A stretch of 22,046 bases of DNA from Paramicrosporidium saccamoebae KSL3 (GCA_002794465.1 MTSL01000075.1:1-22046), one strand, 5' to 3'. Shown: positions 8,443 to 17,598, numbered from the stretch's first letter. Made by a program: numbers and translations. The notes: generated by a model from the sequence alone, not told the origin.

Positions 8443-8988
8443 TTATGCTTCATTTGCGACTCCGGTCGGCATTTCATACTTGGGATGTCCAAACTGGCAC
8501 TCGGGGCCAAAGGGGCAGAATCCAGTGAGATAGAGCTGGCACGCCGTGTTCCTCACATGCTTATTTCGGCAGTTTGGCCCGTGCTTACAAAAGCCTCGTG
8601 CGTACCACTGACACTCGCGCGTTTTTGAATTCGGATCCACGTGCAGATACAGACACTCGGGGTTGCTACATTCTCCGTATTTTGTAAAAAACCAGCACTC
8701 TGGCATCTTTTTCAAGTTGTACTCGTGTAGAAATTCACATGCATCACCTTTTTTACATAAACCGCGCAGCCAGTGCTTGCAGACGACCGACTTTTCCTTT
8801 CCACGAGAAGTTGTTGAGTAGGCGTGGCGTTGAGGACAGGCGGCACCGCGAGGACACGTTCCTCGGAGGAAGAAGCGACAGAGCTCGCCAGACAGGGAGC
8901 CGTCAATATCGACACCAAGCCGCTCTTTGACAAAACGCTCAAAGTCCAGGGAAATGTTTTCCGCAGTACTTATGACAAGCTCTTCCAT
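8443..8988 (-). CDS. YTH1: CPSF30/Yth1 (CPSF4) polyadenylation factor, five CCCH zinc fingers, 181 aa
   Basis: Five C-x-C-x-C-x-H fingers, including VCKHWLRGLCKKGDACEFLHEYNLKKMPECWFF; ends GHPKYEMP; no C-terminal CCHC knuckle visible. Confidence 0.93.
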   Translation of the reverse strand: MEELVISTAENISLDFERFVKERLGVDIDGSLSGELCRFFLRGTCPRGAACPQRHAYSTTSRGKEKSVVCKHWLRGLCKKGDACEFLHEYNLKKMPECWFFTKYGECSNPECLYLHVDPNSKTRECQWYARGFCKHGPNCRNKHVRNTACQLYLTGFCPFGPECQFGHPKYEMPTGVANEA

Positions 8989-9151
8989 TGGCCCTCTTCG
9001 GACGCCCCTTGTTCAAAAGTCGTATTTGTATGGCCGGCTCGACTGACTAGTAATAGTACCAACTAGACTGGGTGAGCAACATGAATGGCTATTATAAGTG
9101 ATCCTGATACACTTTTTCAGAAGGTCAGATCCCCATTGCTGTAAAATAATC

Positions 9152-10834
9152 ATGGAACGAGCCAACTGGGGTATGAAAGGGAGGGTGAGCTTTCACGATG
9201 AAGACGACGAAGACATTACAACCATAAAGCGAAAGACACCTACTGATGCCACTACACCCAAATACACTAGACCGGCAGTCAGAAGAAACCGCGGAGTGAC
9301 CCTCACTTCAGACGTTACGCCAGTAGAGCCTATAGACTTTTCCGAAATCCAGGACCGGAACGTGGAGATAATTCTTCCACCTGAGGAAGAAGAAGAAGAG
9401 AGTGACGAAGAAATGAAGAAAAAGGTTATAAATGCTAGACAAGTAAGGGCACAACGTGTTCAAGAAGGGCTTTTGGAAGATTATATTTCACTAGAGGACA
9501 CCACACAGCGACATTTGGATGACTATGACATTGCCACCATGATTAGGCAAGACTCTGGAGATCGTAGACGGCCTCGTCAGATGTGGGAAGACCCAGAGGA
9601 TGAGCCAACGCCGGGTACTGAACCGGTAGAATCTTCCGAAGAGGAGGGGCCGCTAATAGATGACAGCCTGGACATGGAACACTTTGAAAGTCACAATCGT
9701 TCTAGCGGCCGAATCGGTATGGAGGTAGAAGAAGATTCAAAGGTGGACAAGTCGAGTATCCTAAAGATGGACTTTGAGGATGAAGAAACACGAGAATGGG
9801 AGATGCAACAGATTCGAAAAGGAGTCTCATCAGCTGGATCCATGTCAAAGGAGATGCGTAAAACTACCAGACAATTTTCACAGGGGCTGGGTGCGGTACA
9901 GTCGGAAGAAAAGATACTGATTCCATTGGTGTCAATACCGGCAATCATGTCTCGGGTCAACAAGGAGACTGCCGAAATGAATTTAGCCATCGAGAGCTGC
10001 AGGGCAATTATAGCTCAAGTTGAAGCACACCAGACGGAAAGTCAAAGGTCAAGGGCCAACTTTGATCAAATGTGCATTGCTGCCAAAGAACAAGCGGAAT
10101 TTTTTCAAAAATTGCAAAAATTCATTGATTTGTACTCTGAAATGGTGGAAGCTCTAATGCCACTCGTTAATACGCTCGAAGATGACTGGGTCACTACTCT
10201 CCGCTCAGCCGGCGCGGTGGAGGAAAGTGATGTGTTGGAACGACGAGACGAGCTACTATCAACTGTGGATGAAGAGTTTTCAACTGTAGATGGAGTCCTT
10301 GGGCGTTTACGAGAATGGAAGGTTCAATTTGGTGAATCATATGAAAAGGCCTATGTTGACGAGAGCATCCCGGGCCTGTTGGAAATGCATCTAAGGGTGC
10401 GTCTTGTCGGCTGGGACCCGTTGCTAACTCCAGGGAATGTGCATGATTTTGTTGGATTCTGTTTTGGCTCTGTTGAGCTTTCCGATTCAGCAAAGAACAA
10501 GATTTTTACGTCCATGTTTGTTCCCAGGCTGATTAATTTAATTGCAGCAAGCTATTCTCCCTTGATAACACAGAGATCAGAGGGACTGGTGGCAATTATC
10601 AGCTATTTGAAGGCCTCGCTGCCACAAACGTCGCGCATGTTCACAACCTTGAGGGGAATTATTGGAAACCTTTTCGTGGAGGCAGAATTGAAGACTGATG
10701 CTGACGCGAAAATCTTTTTGCATAGTGCTGAGATTGTGGATAACGTCTTAGAGGATGATAACCTAAGGTCAATTTCCACGACAAAGGTTAATGCGCTGAT
10801 GGTGCCCCGAGACGACTCTGTAGAAACTTTATAA
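9152..10834 (+). CDS. Ntr2/GCFC2/PAXBP1-family spliceosome disassembly factor, about 560 aa (ATG 9152; the ORF track starts at GTG 9098)
   Basis: Acidic N-terminus with INARQVRAQR...DYISL and EWEMQQIRKGV (NTR2-type motifs), a coiled-coil, then GCFC-domain-like LREWKVQFGESYEKAYVDESIPGLLEMHLRVRLVGWDPL. Confidence 0.75.
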   Translation: MERANWGMKGRVSFHDEDDEDITTIKRKTPTDATTPKYTRPAVRRNRGVTLTSDVTPVEPIDFSEIQDRNVEIILPPEEEEEESDEEMKKKVINARQVRAQRVQEGLLEDYISLEDTTQRHLDDYDIATMIRQDSGDRRRPRQMWEDPEDEPTPGTEPVESSEEEGPLIDDSLDMEHFESHNRSSGRIGMEVEEDSKVDKSSILKMDFEDEETREWEMQQIRKGVSSAGSMSKEMRKTTRQFSQGLGAVQSEEKILIPLVSIPAIMSRVNKETAEMNLAIESCRAIIAQVEAHQTESQRSRANFDQMCIAAKEQAEFFQKLQKFIDLYSEMVEALMPLVNTLEDDWVTTLRSAGAVEESDVLERRDELLSTVDEEFSTVDGVLGRLREWKVQFGESYEKAYVDESIPGLLEMHLRVRLVGWDPLLTPGNVHDFVGFCFGSVELSDSAKNKIFTSMFVPRLINLIAASYSPLITQRSEGLVAIISYLKASLPQTSRMFTTLRGIIGNLFVEAELKTDADAKIFLHSAEIVDNVLEDDNLRSISTTKVNALMVPRDDSVETL

Positions 10835-11046
10835 TTTTTGTAAATGCTTGCCTGGAAATCAATAAATGACGGTAGAGATGATTCCAGAAAACGTGATGGA
10901 GTTTGTGGTAGAACTCGGGATGAGAGTGTTGAGAACAATCAAAATGTTCCAGACTCCCCTAAATCTGGCATTCACGGCGTCCTATGATTACACTTTACTG
11001 TCCTTCTAAATGTAAGGTTTTATTACAGAGAGCACCGAACGTGTAA

Positions 11047-11598
11047 TCAGGGAGACCCTTCCTTGGAAGGGTTCCTTTTTTCAATTTCACCATGCAGTCT
11101 CGACACTTCTTCCTCAAGTGCCCGAATCCTGTGCCTTGCCTCTTTGTGCTCCTTCAATACTTGGATTACACACGCGATGACCTCTGGCATTGGACTGCCT
11201 ACAGGCGGTCTTGATTCTGGAAGTTCTGCCCGCAGACTCTCCAAGACGACGCCCCAGGCGGCGGACGGACTGCAGTTTGCGGGACACGGCGGCCGTTCTT
11301 CACGTTGTCCCAGGACGGGTCGTGGTTGTTCGCCCCCCACTGGTATGAGAATATGCGGGTATGTACGAATATTAGCTAGAATGTCATTGGAGCTTAATAA
11401 AAGTTACTTGGACGATCGCACAGCTCGGGCCGTAGTGGCGAAATGTACTCGGGGACATTGGTATCCTGCATTTAGTGACAATAAATATATGGATACTGTG
11501 GGACCGAACTGCAAAAGACTGTTTTGCCATTCAAGATTCAGGCCAAGCTCTGACAAAAAGTATTGGGAAGGGCTCTCTGATTCCTTCTTTGTGCTCAT
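11047..11598 (-). CDS. Hypothetical protein, 162 aa, C-terminal coiled coil; exons 11598-11497, 11465-11408, 11375-11047
   Basis: Two AT-rich GT-AG introns (31 nt, 11496-11466; 32 nt, 11407-11376) join separate ORF fragments into one open 489-nt frame. Heptad-like LKEHKEARHRIRALEEEVSRLHGEIEK. Confidence 0.7.
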
Positions 11599-12172
11599 CT
11601 CGAACCCAGGCTGATATAATCATTTCTTATCAGGCTTATGATAGTAGTAATATTGGTAATAGCGGCTCTTTATTGAAGTTTTAATCTGCTGATGTGATAA
11701 ACTGTGAGGTTCGCGGTAAAACCCCCGTTAAATAGTATCCGGCTACGTTTGGCAATCCTGAGGGCTATCCTGCAATCTGGTATCTTAAGGATGGCAGCCT
11801 ACAAAGACATCTCCAACAAATAAATATGCTCGCCCATCAACAGATCCACTGTCCCTGACACAAAATTACTCATTGGCATTATTCAAGATTTCTCCACACT
11901 GACATTATATGACTCCAGCTCTTGATTCACGGAACAGGGCAATTTTAAGCACTACTTGGTGTCAGTTTAGTCTGCTATGGTCCCAATGTCTTGGGGTTTA
12001 TTCCCGCCGGAAGCGTCGGAGAATCCCGGTGCTCGGACCCTGGGAGAAAGAAACTTGCCTTTTCCGTTAAGGACGCACGATGAGTTTATATTTGGCTTCA
12101 TCCTTGTGTTGGTAGCTCATAGATTTTGCAGAAATAGAGGTCACTTTGATCAGTATTCAAGTAGGTGGACAT

Positions 12173-12178
12173 TATAAA
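12173..12178 (+). promoter_or_regulatory. TATA-like element upstream of eEF1B-gamma
   Basis: TATAAA about 30 bp before the ATG at 12208. Confidence 0.4.
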
Positions 12179-12207
12179 GGACGCCACTAGCCGGGGTAAC
12201 CATAATC

Positions 12208-13448
12208 ATGACTGCCTCTACCTTGGTACACTCAGCCTCTCATAACTCATGCATCCATTCTAGAAGCTCTACGGAATTGCTAACAGCCCGAATAATAACA
12301 AAGTTGCCCTTGCCGCAAAGTACGCCAACGTGGAATACGAGTTCCAGGCTGTTGAAATGGGCGAGACCAACAAGACTCCCGAGTACCTCGCAAAGTTCCC
12401 CTGGGGAAAGATCCCCGCCATGGAGACTCCCGAGGGTACCATCTTTGAGAGCAACGCCATTGCCTTCTACGTCGCCTCCAAGAAGCCCGAGCTTGTTGGA
12501 AAGTCCACTTTGGAGCAGTCTTTGATCTTGCAGTTTATCTGCAACTTGGACTGTGAGCTTATTCCTGCCTACCAAAAGGTTTTGTACCCGCTCTTGGGAT
12601 ATATGCCTTATGGGGCTACCCAGTGGACTATGTCCTTGAAGGAGCTCTTGGCCAAGCTCAAGGTCTTTGACACGATCCTCCGTACCCGCACTTTCCTTGT
12701 TGGAGAATCCATCACTATTGCTGACCTCCTCTATGTGAGCATCCTGGCCCCTATTTACACCCACGTTTTGGATGCCTCCATGCGTAGCGATCTTGTCAAC
12801 TTGACCCGCTACTATGTCACCATGGCCAACCAGGTCAATGTTAAGGCTGTTATGGGTGAGATGAGCCTGTGCACCAAGACTGCCGACCCTTCCACGTTCA
12901 AGCCCAATGTTACTGCTGCCAGCACTGACAATGACGACGAAGAGGATGCTCCCGTTGTAAAGCCCAAGGAAAAGAACGCCATGGATCTGTTGCCACCTTC
13001 CAAGTTCAACCTTGAGGAATGGAAGCGTTTCTACTCCAACTGCAAAGAGACTCGCCCCGTCGCCACCAACTGGTTCTGGGAGCACTTTGACCGTGAGGGA
13101 TTCTCCATCTGGCGCGCCGACTACAAGTACAATGACGAGCTTAAGAAGATTTTCATGACCTGCAACTTGGTCACTGGTCTCTTTGCCCGCATGGAGTCGA
13201 TGCGCAGGTATTGCTTTGCCTCTGTGCTCATCCTTGGTGAGGACGACAAGAATGAGATTACCGGATTCTTTGTTATCAGGGGAACTGAGATGCCCGACTT
13301 GATGAAGGACGTGCCTGATTTCGAGTGCTACAACTGGACCAAGATGGACACTGAGGACAAGAAGCAGGTCGAGCTGTTCAACGATTACCTTGCCTGGGAA
13401 GGCGAGCTTGAGGGTAAGACTGTTAACCAAGGAAAGACCTTTAAGTAA
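12208..13448 (+). CDS. EEF1G: Translation elongation factor eEF1B-gamma, 400 aa; exons 12208-12225, 12264-13448
   Basis: A 38-nt intron (12226-12263) gives MTASTL|KLYG...; GST-like N-domain (AKFPWGKIPA, FESNAIAFYVA, RTFLVGESITIAD); EF1G C-domain (NLEEWKRFYSN, WFWEHFD, YKYNDEL, FMTCNLVTG, YLAWEG). Strong C/T-ending codon bias suggests high expression. Confidence 0.96.
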
Positions 13449-13527
13449 ATCTTTGAATAAATGGTTATCCCAGATCGGTACTGATCTGATCAAGTATTAG
13501 TATCTGATTATTACGTTTATTTGCAAA

Positions 13528-14541
13528 ATGACCATATTGCCGTCAGGTGGTATGCATGCTTTGCTTGACCTGGTCAAATCACACAGTCACAATAGTTTGC
13601 CGATCAACCCCACCGGAAAGGAGACAAATGTTAGGGAGCTGGAGGAAGAGCTCTTGTCAGAGAAGCTCCGTTCGGCCAGTTTGCAGGAGAAATGCGACTC
13701 GCTCACGAACAGTGTCTGGACACTGGAACATACTCTGCTGAATGCCACACAAGGCGCAGAGGTGCACACAATGTCAGAGAAGGAGTTGAGAATGGCCCTA
13801 GCGGCAGCACACGTCGACAAGGAGCAGTTGGTTACCTTGGTTGGAAAGTACCAAAAATTGGTGAATGCATATCGAAGCCAGCCCATAACAAGACGATTGA
13901 CAAGCAGTGGGACGGAAGAATTTCCCTCCTATGAGGAATCCACTACAAAATATACGACTCTGAAGGATGACGACTGGCGACGTCGTCCTAGCGGAAGTTC
14001 TTCCTATCTTTATGCGGGTGTGGAAGGACCACCAGATCCCCCGCCGTCCCTCCGTGACAGCTATGGCGGAGGAAAACTTTCCTCTGGTACAATCTCCCCC
14101 GACACTCTCCCTGTCAATACATTGCCTACAACATACATCTTGCCAGCCCTCACACAACTTCTCCGCGGCACTTGGCTCTACAAATACCCACGACGTCAAT
14201 ATGCAAAGCTCATTGCCCAACAGACAATTCCCACGGGACAGCTGAGCTATCGGTATTTTTGGCTACATCCCATGACGGCGGCGTTGATCTGGGCAGCGGC
14301 ACCGGGCGGGGAGGGTAAACAGGTCAGTGTTCTGGATTACTACACCGAGAGGAGGGGAGTGGGGGGAGAGTGTGCTACAGTGGTTGTAATATTGACCGGC
14401 GGGGAGCCATTGGCAGTGGTGCCGGCTACCAACGAAGACTTGGCTACTTGGCTGGACGGCCTCAGTTCATTAATGAAACTGAGGAGGAACAAGGCATGGC
14501 CTGAGAACTTGGCCGTTTGTGCTATTAGACACCCAATGTAG
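13528..14541 (+). CDS. Coiled-coil + Num1/Mcp5/ApsA-type PH domain protein, 337 aa
   Basis: N-terminal heptad region (VRELEEELLSEKL...LVNAYR), a Ser/Pro-rich linker, and a C-terminal TQLLRGTWLYKYPRR...RYFWLHPMTAALIWA that resembles the Num1/Mcp5 PH motif (TQTMIGEYLWKYTRK...RFFWVHPYT..LYWS). Confidence 0.65.
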   Translation: MTILPSGGMHALLDLVKSHSHNSLPINPTGKETNVRELEEELLSEKLRSASLQEKCDSLTNSVWTLEHTLLNATQGAEVHTMSEKELRMALAAAHVDKEQLVTLVGKYQKLVNAYRSQPITRRLTSSGTEEFPSYEESTTKYTTLKDDDWRRRPSGSSSYLYAGVEGPPDPPPSLRDSYGGGKLSSGTISPDTLPVNTLPTTYILPALTQLLRGTWLYKYPRRQYAKLIAQQTIPTGQLSYRYFWLHPMTAALIWAAAPGGEGKQVSVLDYYTERRGVGGECATVVVILTGGEPLAVVPATNEDLATWLDGLSSLMKLRRNKAWPENLAVCAIRHPM

Positions 14542-14576
14542 TAACAAATATAAATATCTATAAAGAGAAACTGAAA

Positions 14577-16037
14577 CTAGTTTGCTATCGACTTGATGAT
14601 CCAAGACGAGTTGGGCCTGGACCGTGCGCGGTCCAACTTGCAATTCACGACGCTAGGAGCAGTGCTCAAGTGCCACATTGAATTTGAAATGATGGCCAAT
14701 TCGTCCTTGATCATTTGTGGTTCTGGCGTAGCCGGAGGGGTGGGCAATTCACTAGCACGGACGTGGGATGTTTTTGCCGGCTTTTGCGTTACAGCTGGCA
14801 CTTGAACTTTTGGTTCTGTCTCCATTGTCTTGGCAGAAGCTTCCATCCGACGAGCATAAAATAGCAAGTAGGCCCTTTGTTTGAGGACAGTGCTGAGACT
14901 GACCTGATGTACGGATGAGTCGTTCATGGAATACCAAAACCCATTACTCGCCTTGACAAACGAATGATAGTGTCCCGAATTACACGTCTGTCCCTCATGA
15001 ACGAGCACTCCATAAAGATCGTAATCTGAACACTCCTGCTTTGGTCCCGTAATGAACGCTCCAATTTCGAGCTCGGTCCCAAATTCAACATGCTTATTTA
15101 TCTTGGAGGCTTCCCCAAATGGTGTCAAATTGAAGCGCTTCAAGTGTACAGTCAGGATATTTGGGGCACGATAAATGCTCATGCTCTTGTCTGCGTCAGA
15201 CAGCTTTCCACAGTGATCACAGCGGTATCTATTTGCCTTGGACAGTCTTTCCGGACGAACAAACTGTTGTAGCCCCCTAGACACAGAATCTGCCTGTCGC
15301 ACCTCCAAGCTCAAATCAAGTAGCGGATCAAAGGTGTGCGAGGTGTGTGTGCAGGTCAAGCAGTGGACTCGACTATGCAAATACCCACCAAACACTTGAT
15401 GGATAAGCGTCGTCTCCTTTACTCGGGCATCCATCTTCTTGACATCATAGCCAGCCAAAAAGTTTTTCTGCATTCCTTCAATGACAAAGCGCAAAAACTC
15501 GTGGGAATCCTCCTGTCTCCCCACGCGCATATGCTTGGCAATCCATTTTAGATGACCAACAGTGCCGTTGGGGGAGATTACCTTGGGGCGATCTGGACTA
15601 TTGACCAAGGCCCGCTTAAAGTGTCGTTCCAGCTCACACACTAGACAGTATCCTTCAACGCGGCACTTTTTTGTATGATCACCAGTCAGCAAGTAGTTTG
15701 CCAAGGGCGGAGTGTATGTTAGGCACTGCATGACCGAGTTGAGGAAACAGGTGTTGCCGAGATTAGAGAGACCTGGCCCGATACTCCCAACCTTGCTCCA
15801 CTGCATCATCCCCTTTATCGCCTCGCTAGCAAACAACTCTTGGCTCGCCTCTTGAAATCCATTCTTGTCAACTACCATCTCGCTAGGCTTTCGCTTTGCA
15901 GAGCTGGCATAACTAAAACTGCTGGCTACAGCAGATTCCTCGTTGAGTGCTTCTCGGAACTGGATGCGTCGTTGAAGGAAGAATGGCAGGTTGTTGCCGT
16001 GGGCCAGTTTCGACTCTAGCTTGACGCCCGTGCTCAT
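14577..16037 (-). CDS. Ubiquitin-specific protease, USP36/USP42-like, about 486 aa (ATG 16037; the ORF track starts at TTG 16070)
   Basis: Cys box GLSNLGNTCFLNSVMQCLTYTPPLANYL; RQEDSHEFLR; TTLIHQVFGG; FDPLLDLSL; APNILTVHLKRF; His box YGVLVHEG..CNSGHYHSFVK; WYSMNDS; AYLLFY. Confidence 0.85.
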   Translation of the reverse strand: MSTGVKLESKLAHGNNLPFFLQRRIQFREALNEESAVASSFSYASSAKRKPSEMVVDKNGFQEASQELFASEAIKGMMQWSKVGSIGPGLSNLGNTCFLNSVMQCLTYTPPLANYLLTGDHTKKCRVEGYCLVCELERHFKRALVNSPDRPKVISPNGTVGHLKWIAKHMRVGRQEDSHEFLRFVIEGMQKNFLAGYDVKKMDARVKETTLIHQVFGGYLHSRVHCLTCTHTSHTFDPLLDLSLEVRQADSVSRGLQQFVRPERLSKANRYRCDHCGKLSDADKSMSIYRAPNILTVHLKRFNLTPFGEASKINKHVEFGTELEIGAFITGPKQECSDYDLYGVLVHEGQTCNSGHYHSFVKASNGFWYSMNDSSVHQVSLSTVLKQRAYLLFYARRMEASAKTMETEPKVQVPAVTQKPAKTSHVRASELPTPPATPEPQMIKDELAIISNSMWHLSTAPSVVNCKLDRARSRPNSSWIIKSIAN

Positions 16038-16066
16038 TTGAAAAGAAAGTGGCCGGGGGTAGTGGG

Positions 16067-16073
16067 CCAATCA
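16067..16073. promoter_or_regulatory. CCAAT-box-like element (CCAATCA) about 30 bp upstream of the USP ATG
   Basis: Context GGCCAATCAG, in the divergent USP/thiolase promoter region. Confidence 0.4.
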
Positions 16074-16263
16074 GAATGATCCGCGTCATAGTTGGGAATG
16101 TCCGTATCTGGTTGTATTTGTATCTACCTTTGTATTAGCACTGGCGCCTGTTGCCGTGATTATGCATGACTGGTAGTCGATGTATATGAACGTGCGTAAA
16201 GACATTGCCGTGCCAAGGTGGCATGGGATATTGCAAAATAAAAAAATTCAAATTATTGTAAAC

Positions 16264-17598
16264 ATGGAACGAGTCAAAGTTGTTGCTTCTCATCTCACGT
16301 CTGGTGGCGCCAGTAGCGTTACAAAAGGTAAGCACTGCACACTAAATTCGACGGTTGTCTAGTGGGGATCAAGTCGCCAGAAGATGTTGTCATTGTAAGG
16401 TATTTGGTGATGGGGTCTGTTTATCCACTTAGCGCATTGAGAACTCCGATTTGCCGGGCCAAGAAGGGAGGTTTCAAAGATATTCCCGCCGAAGAACTTC
16501 TTGCTGCCGTGCTCAAGGCCACTCTCACCAAGACAAAGATTGATCCAAAGTTAATTAACGATGTTGTTATTGGAAATGTGCTCCCACCTGGCGGAGGAGC
16601 CACTACTGCTCGCATGGCTGCTCTTTACGCTGGGTTTGATGAAGAAGACTCCCTGCTAATCTTTTAGAATCCCAGACACTTCGTCAGTCATGACGGTCAA
16701 CAGACAATGCTCTAGCGGCTTACAAGCAGTTGCCACTGTAGCTGCTGCAATCACAAACGGATATTATGATATTGGAATAGCCGGCGGCGTAGAGTCGATG
16801 ACTGCGCATTACGGACCACAAGCACTTAACATGAATGTCAGCGAAAAGATTCTCGCCTACCAGCCTGCAGCTGATTGTCTCCTTCCCATGGGCATGACTT
16901 CTGAGAATGTTGCTGCCAAATTCAACGTCACCAAAGAGAAGCAAGATCTTTTTGCGCTTGACTCGCACAAAAAGGCTGCGGCAGCCCAAGAACGTGGTCT
17001 GTTCAAGGAAGAAATTATCCCTGTAGCGACCGGAGATGGTACGACGCCGGTGGACGCCGACGATGGGATTCGTCGTGAAATCAGCCTGGAGGGCCTGCAG
17101 AAGTTGCGTCCGGTATTTAAAGAAAATGGAACCACTACTGCAGGGAATGCGTCGCAAGTAAGCGATGGGGCAGCGGCAGTTCTTCTGATGAAGAGAAAAA
17201 CTGCAGAAAGGCTCGGCCTGCCTATCCAAGCCAAATTTGTGAGCTATTCCGTGGCTGGAGTTCCGCCGAACATTATGGGCATTGGCCCCGCTGTAGCCAT
17301 TCCTGAAGCCCTGAAACAGGCCTCCCTCAAGACTGGCGATGTTGACATTTTCGAGGTAAACGAAGCCTTTGCTTCCCAGGCCGTTTATTGCATTGAAAAG
17401 CTGAAATTGGATTACAAAAAGGTCAATCCCAAAGGAGGGGCCATTGCGCTTGGCCATCCTCTCGGCTGCACCGGCGCACGCCAAATTGCGACTATTCTTC
17501 CCGAGCTGCGCCGTCAAAAGAAGCGCATCGGTGTCATCAGCATGTGCATCGGAACGGGAATGGGAGCCGCCGCTGTGATTGAGAACGAAATGATATAA
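16264..17598 (+). CDS. POT1: Peroxisomal 3-ketoacyl-CoA thiolase (Pot1/ACAA1 type), 410 aa; exons 16264-16327, 16363-16399, 16433-16633, 16668-17598
   Basis: Three introns (35, 33, 34 nt) give one open frame. N-terminal PTS2 RVKVVASHL; DVVIV|SALRTP; catalytic NRQCSSGLQA, NEAF, GHPLGCTGARQ, SMCIGTGMG. Confidence 0.93.

Noticed and set aside
8423-8484. 44-nt intron at CPSF30 HPK|
   Set aside because: The unspliced reading HPKYEMP matches the conserved HP(K/R)FELP, whereas splicing gives a poorer C-terminus.
9072-9120. 49-nt 5' UTR intron of the GCFC gene (GTGAGC...TTTTCAG)
   Set aside because: Outside the local size range, with no upstream coding exon; cannot be tested from sequence alone.
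11063-11614. 183-aa plus-strand ORF as the real gene
   Set aside because: TTG start and Ser-rich, featureless translation. The minus-strand model has two canonical introns and a coiled coil.
12054-12068. U5 snRNA loop-1-like TTGCCTTTTCC
   Set aside because: Mismatch to the invariant GCCUUUUAC, with no closing stem or Sm site.
12240-13493. 417-aa antisense ORF
   Set aside because: Shadow of the strongly codon-biased eEF1B-gamma gene; no recognisable motifs.
13488-13506. U2 snRNA-like GATCAAGTATTAGTATCTG
   Set aside because: The branch-pairing GTAGTA is disrupted, the 5' U2 sequence is absent, and there is no room between the flanking genes.
16720-17517. 265-aa antisense ORF
   Set aside because: Mirror frame of the thiolase; no independent support.
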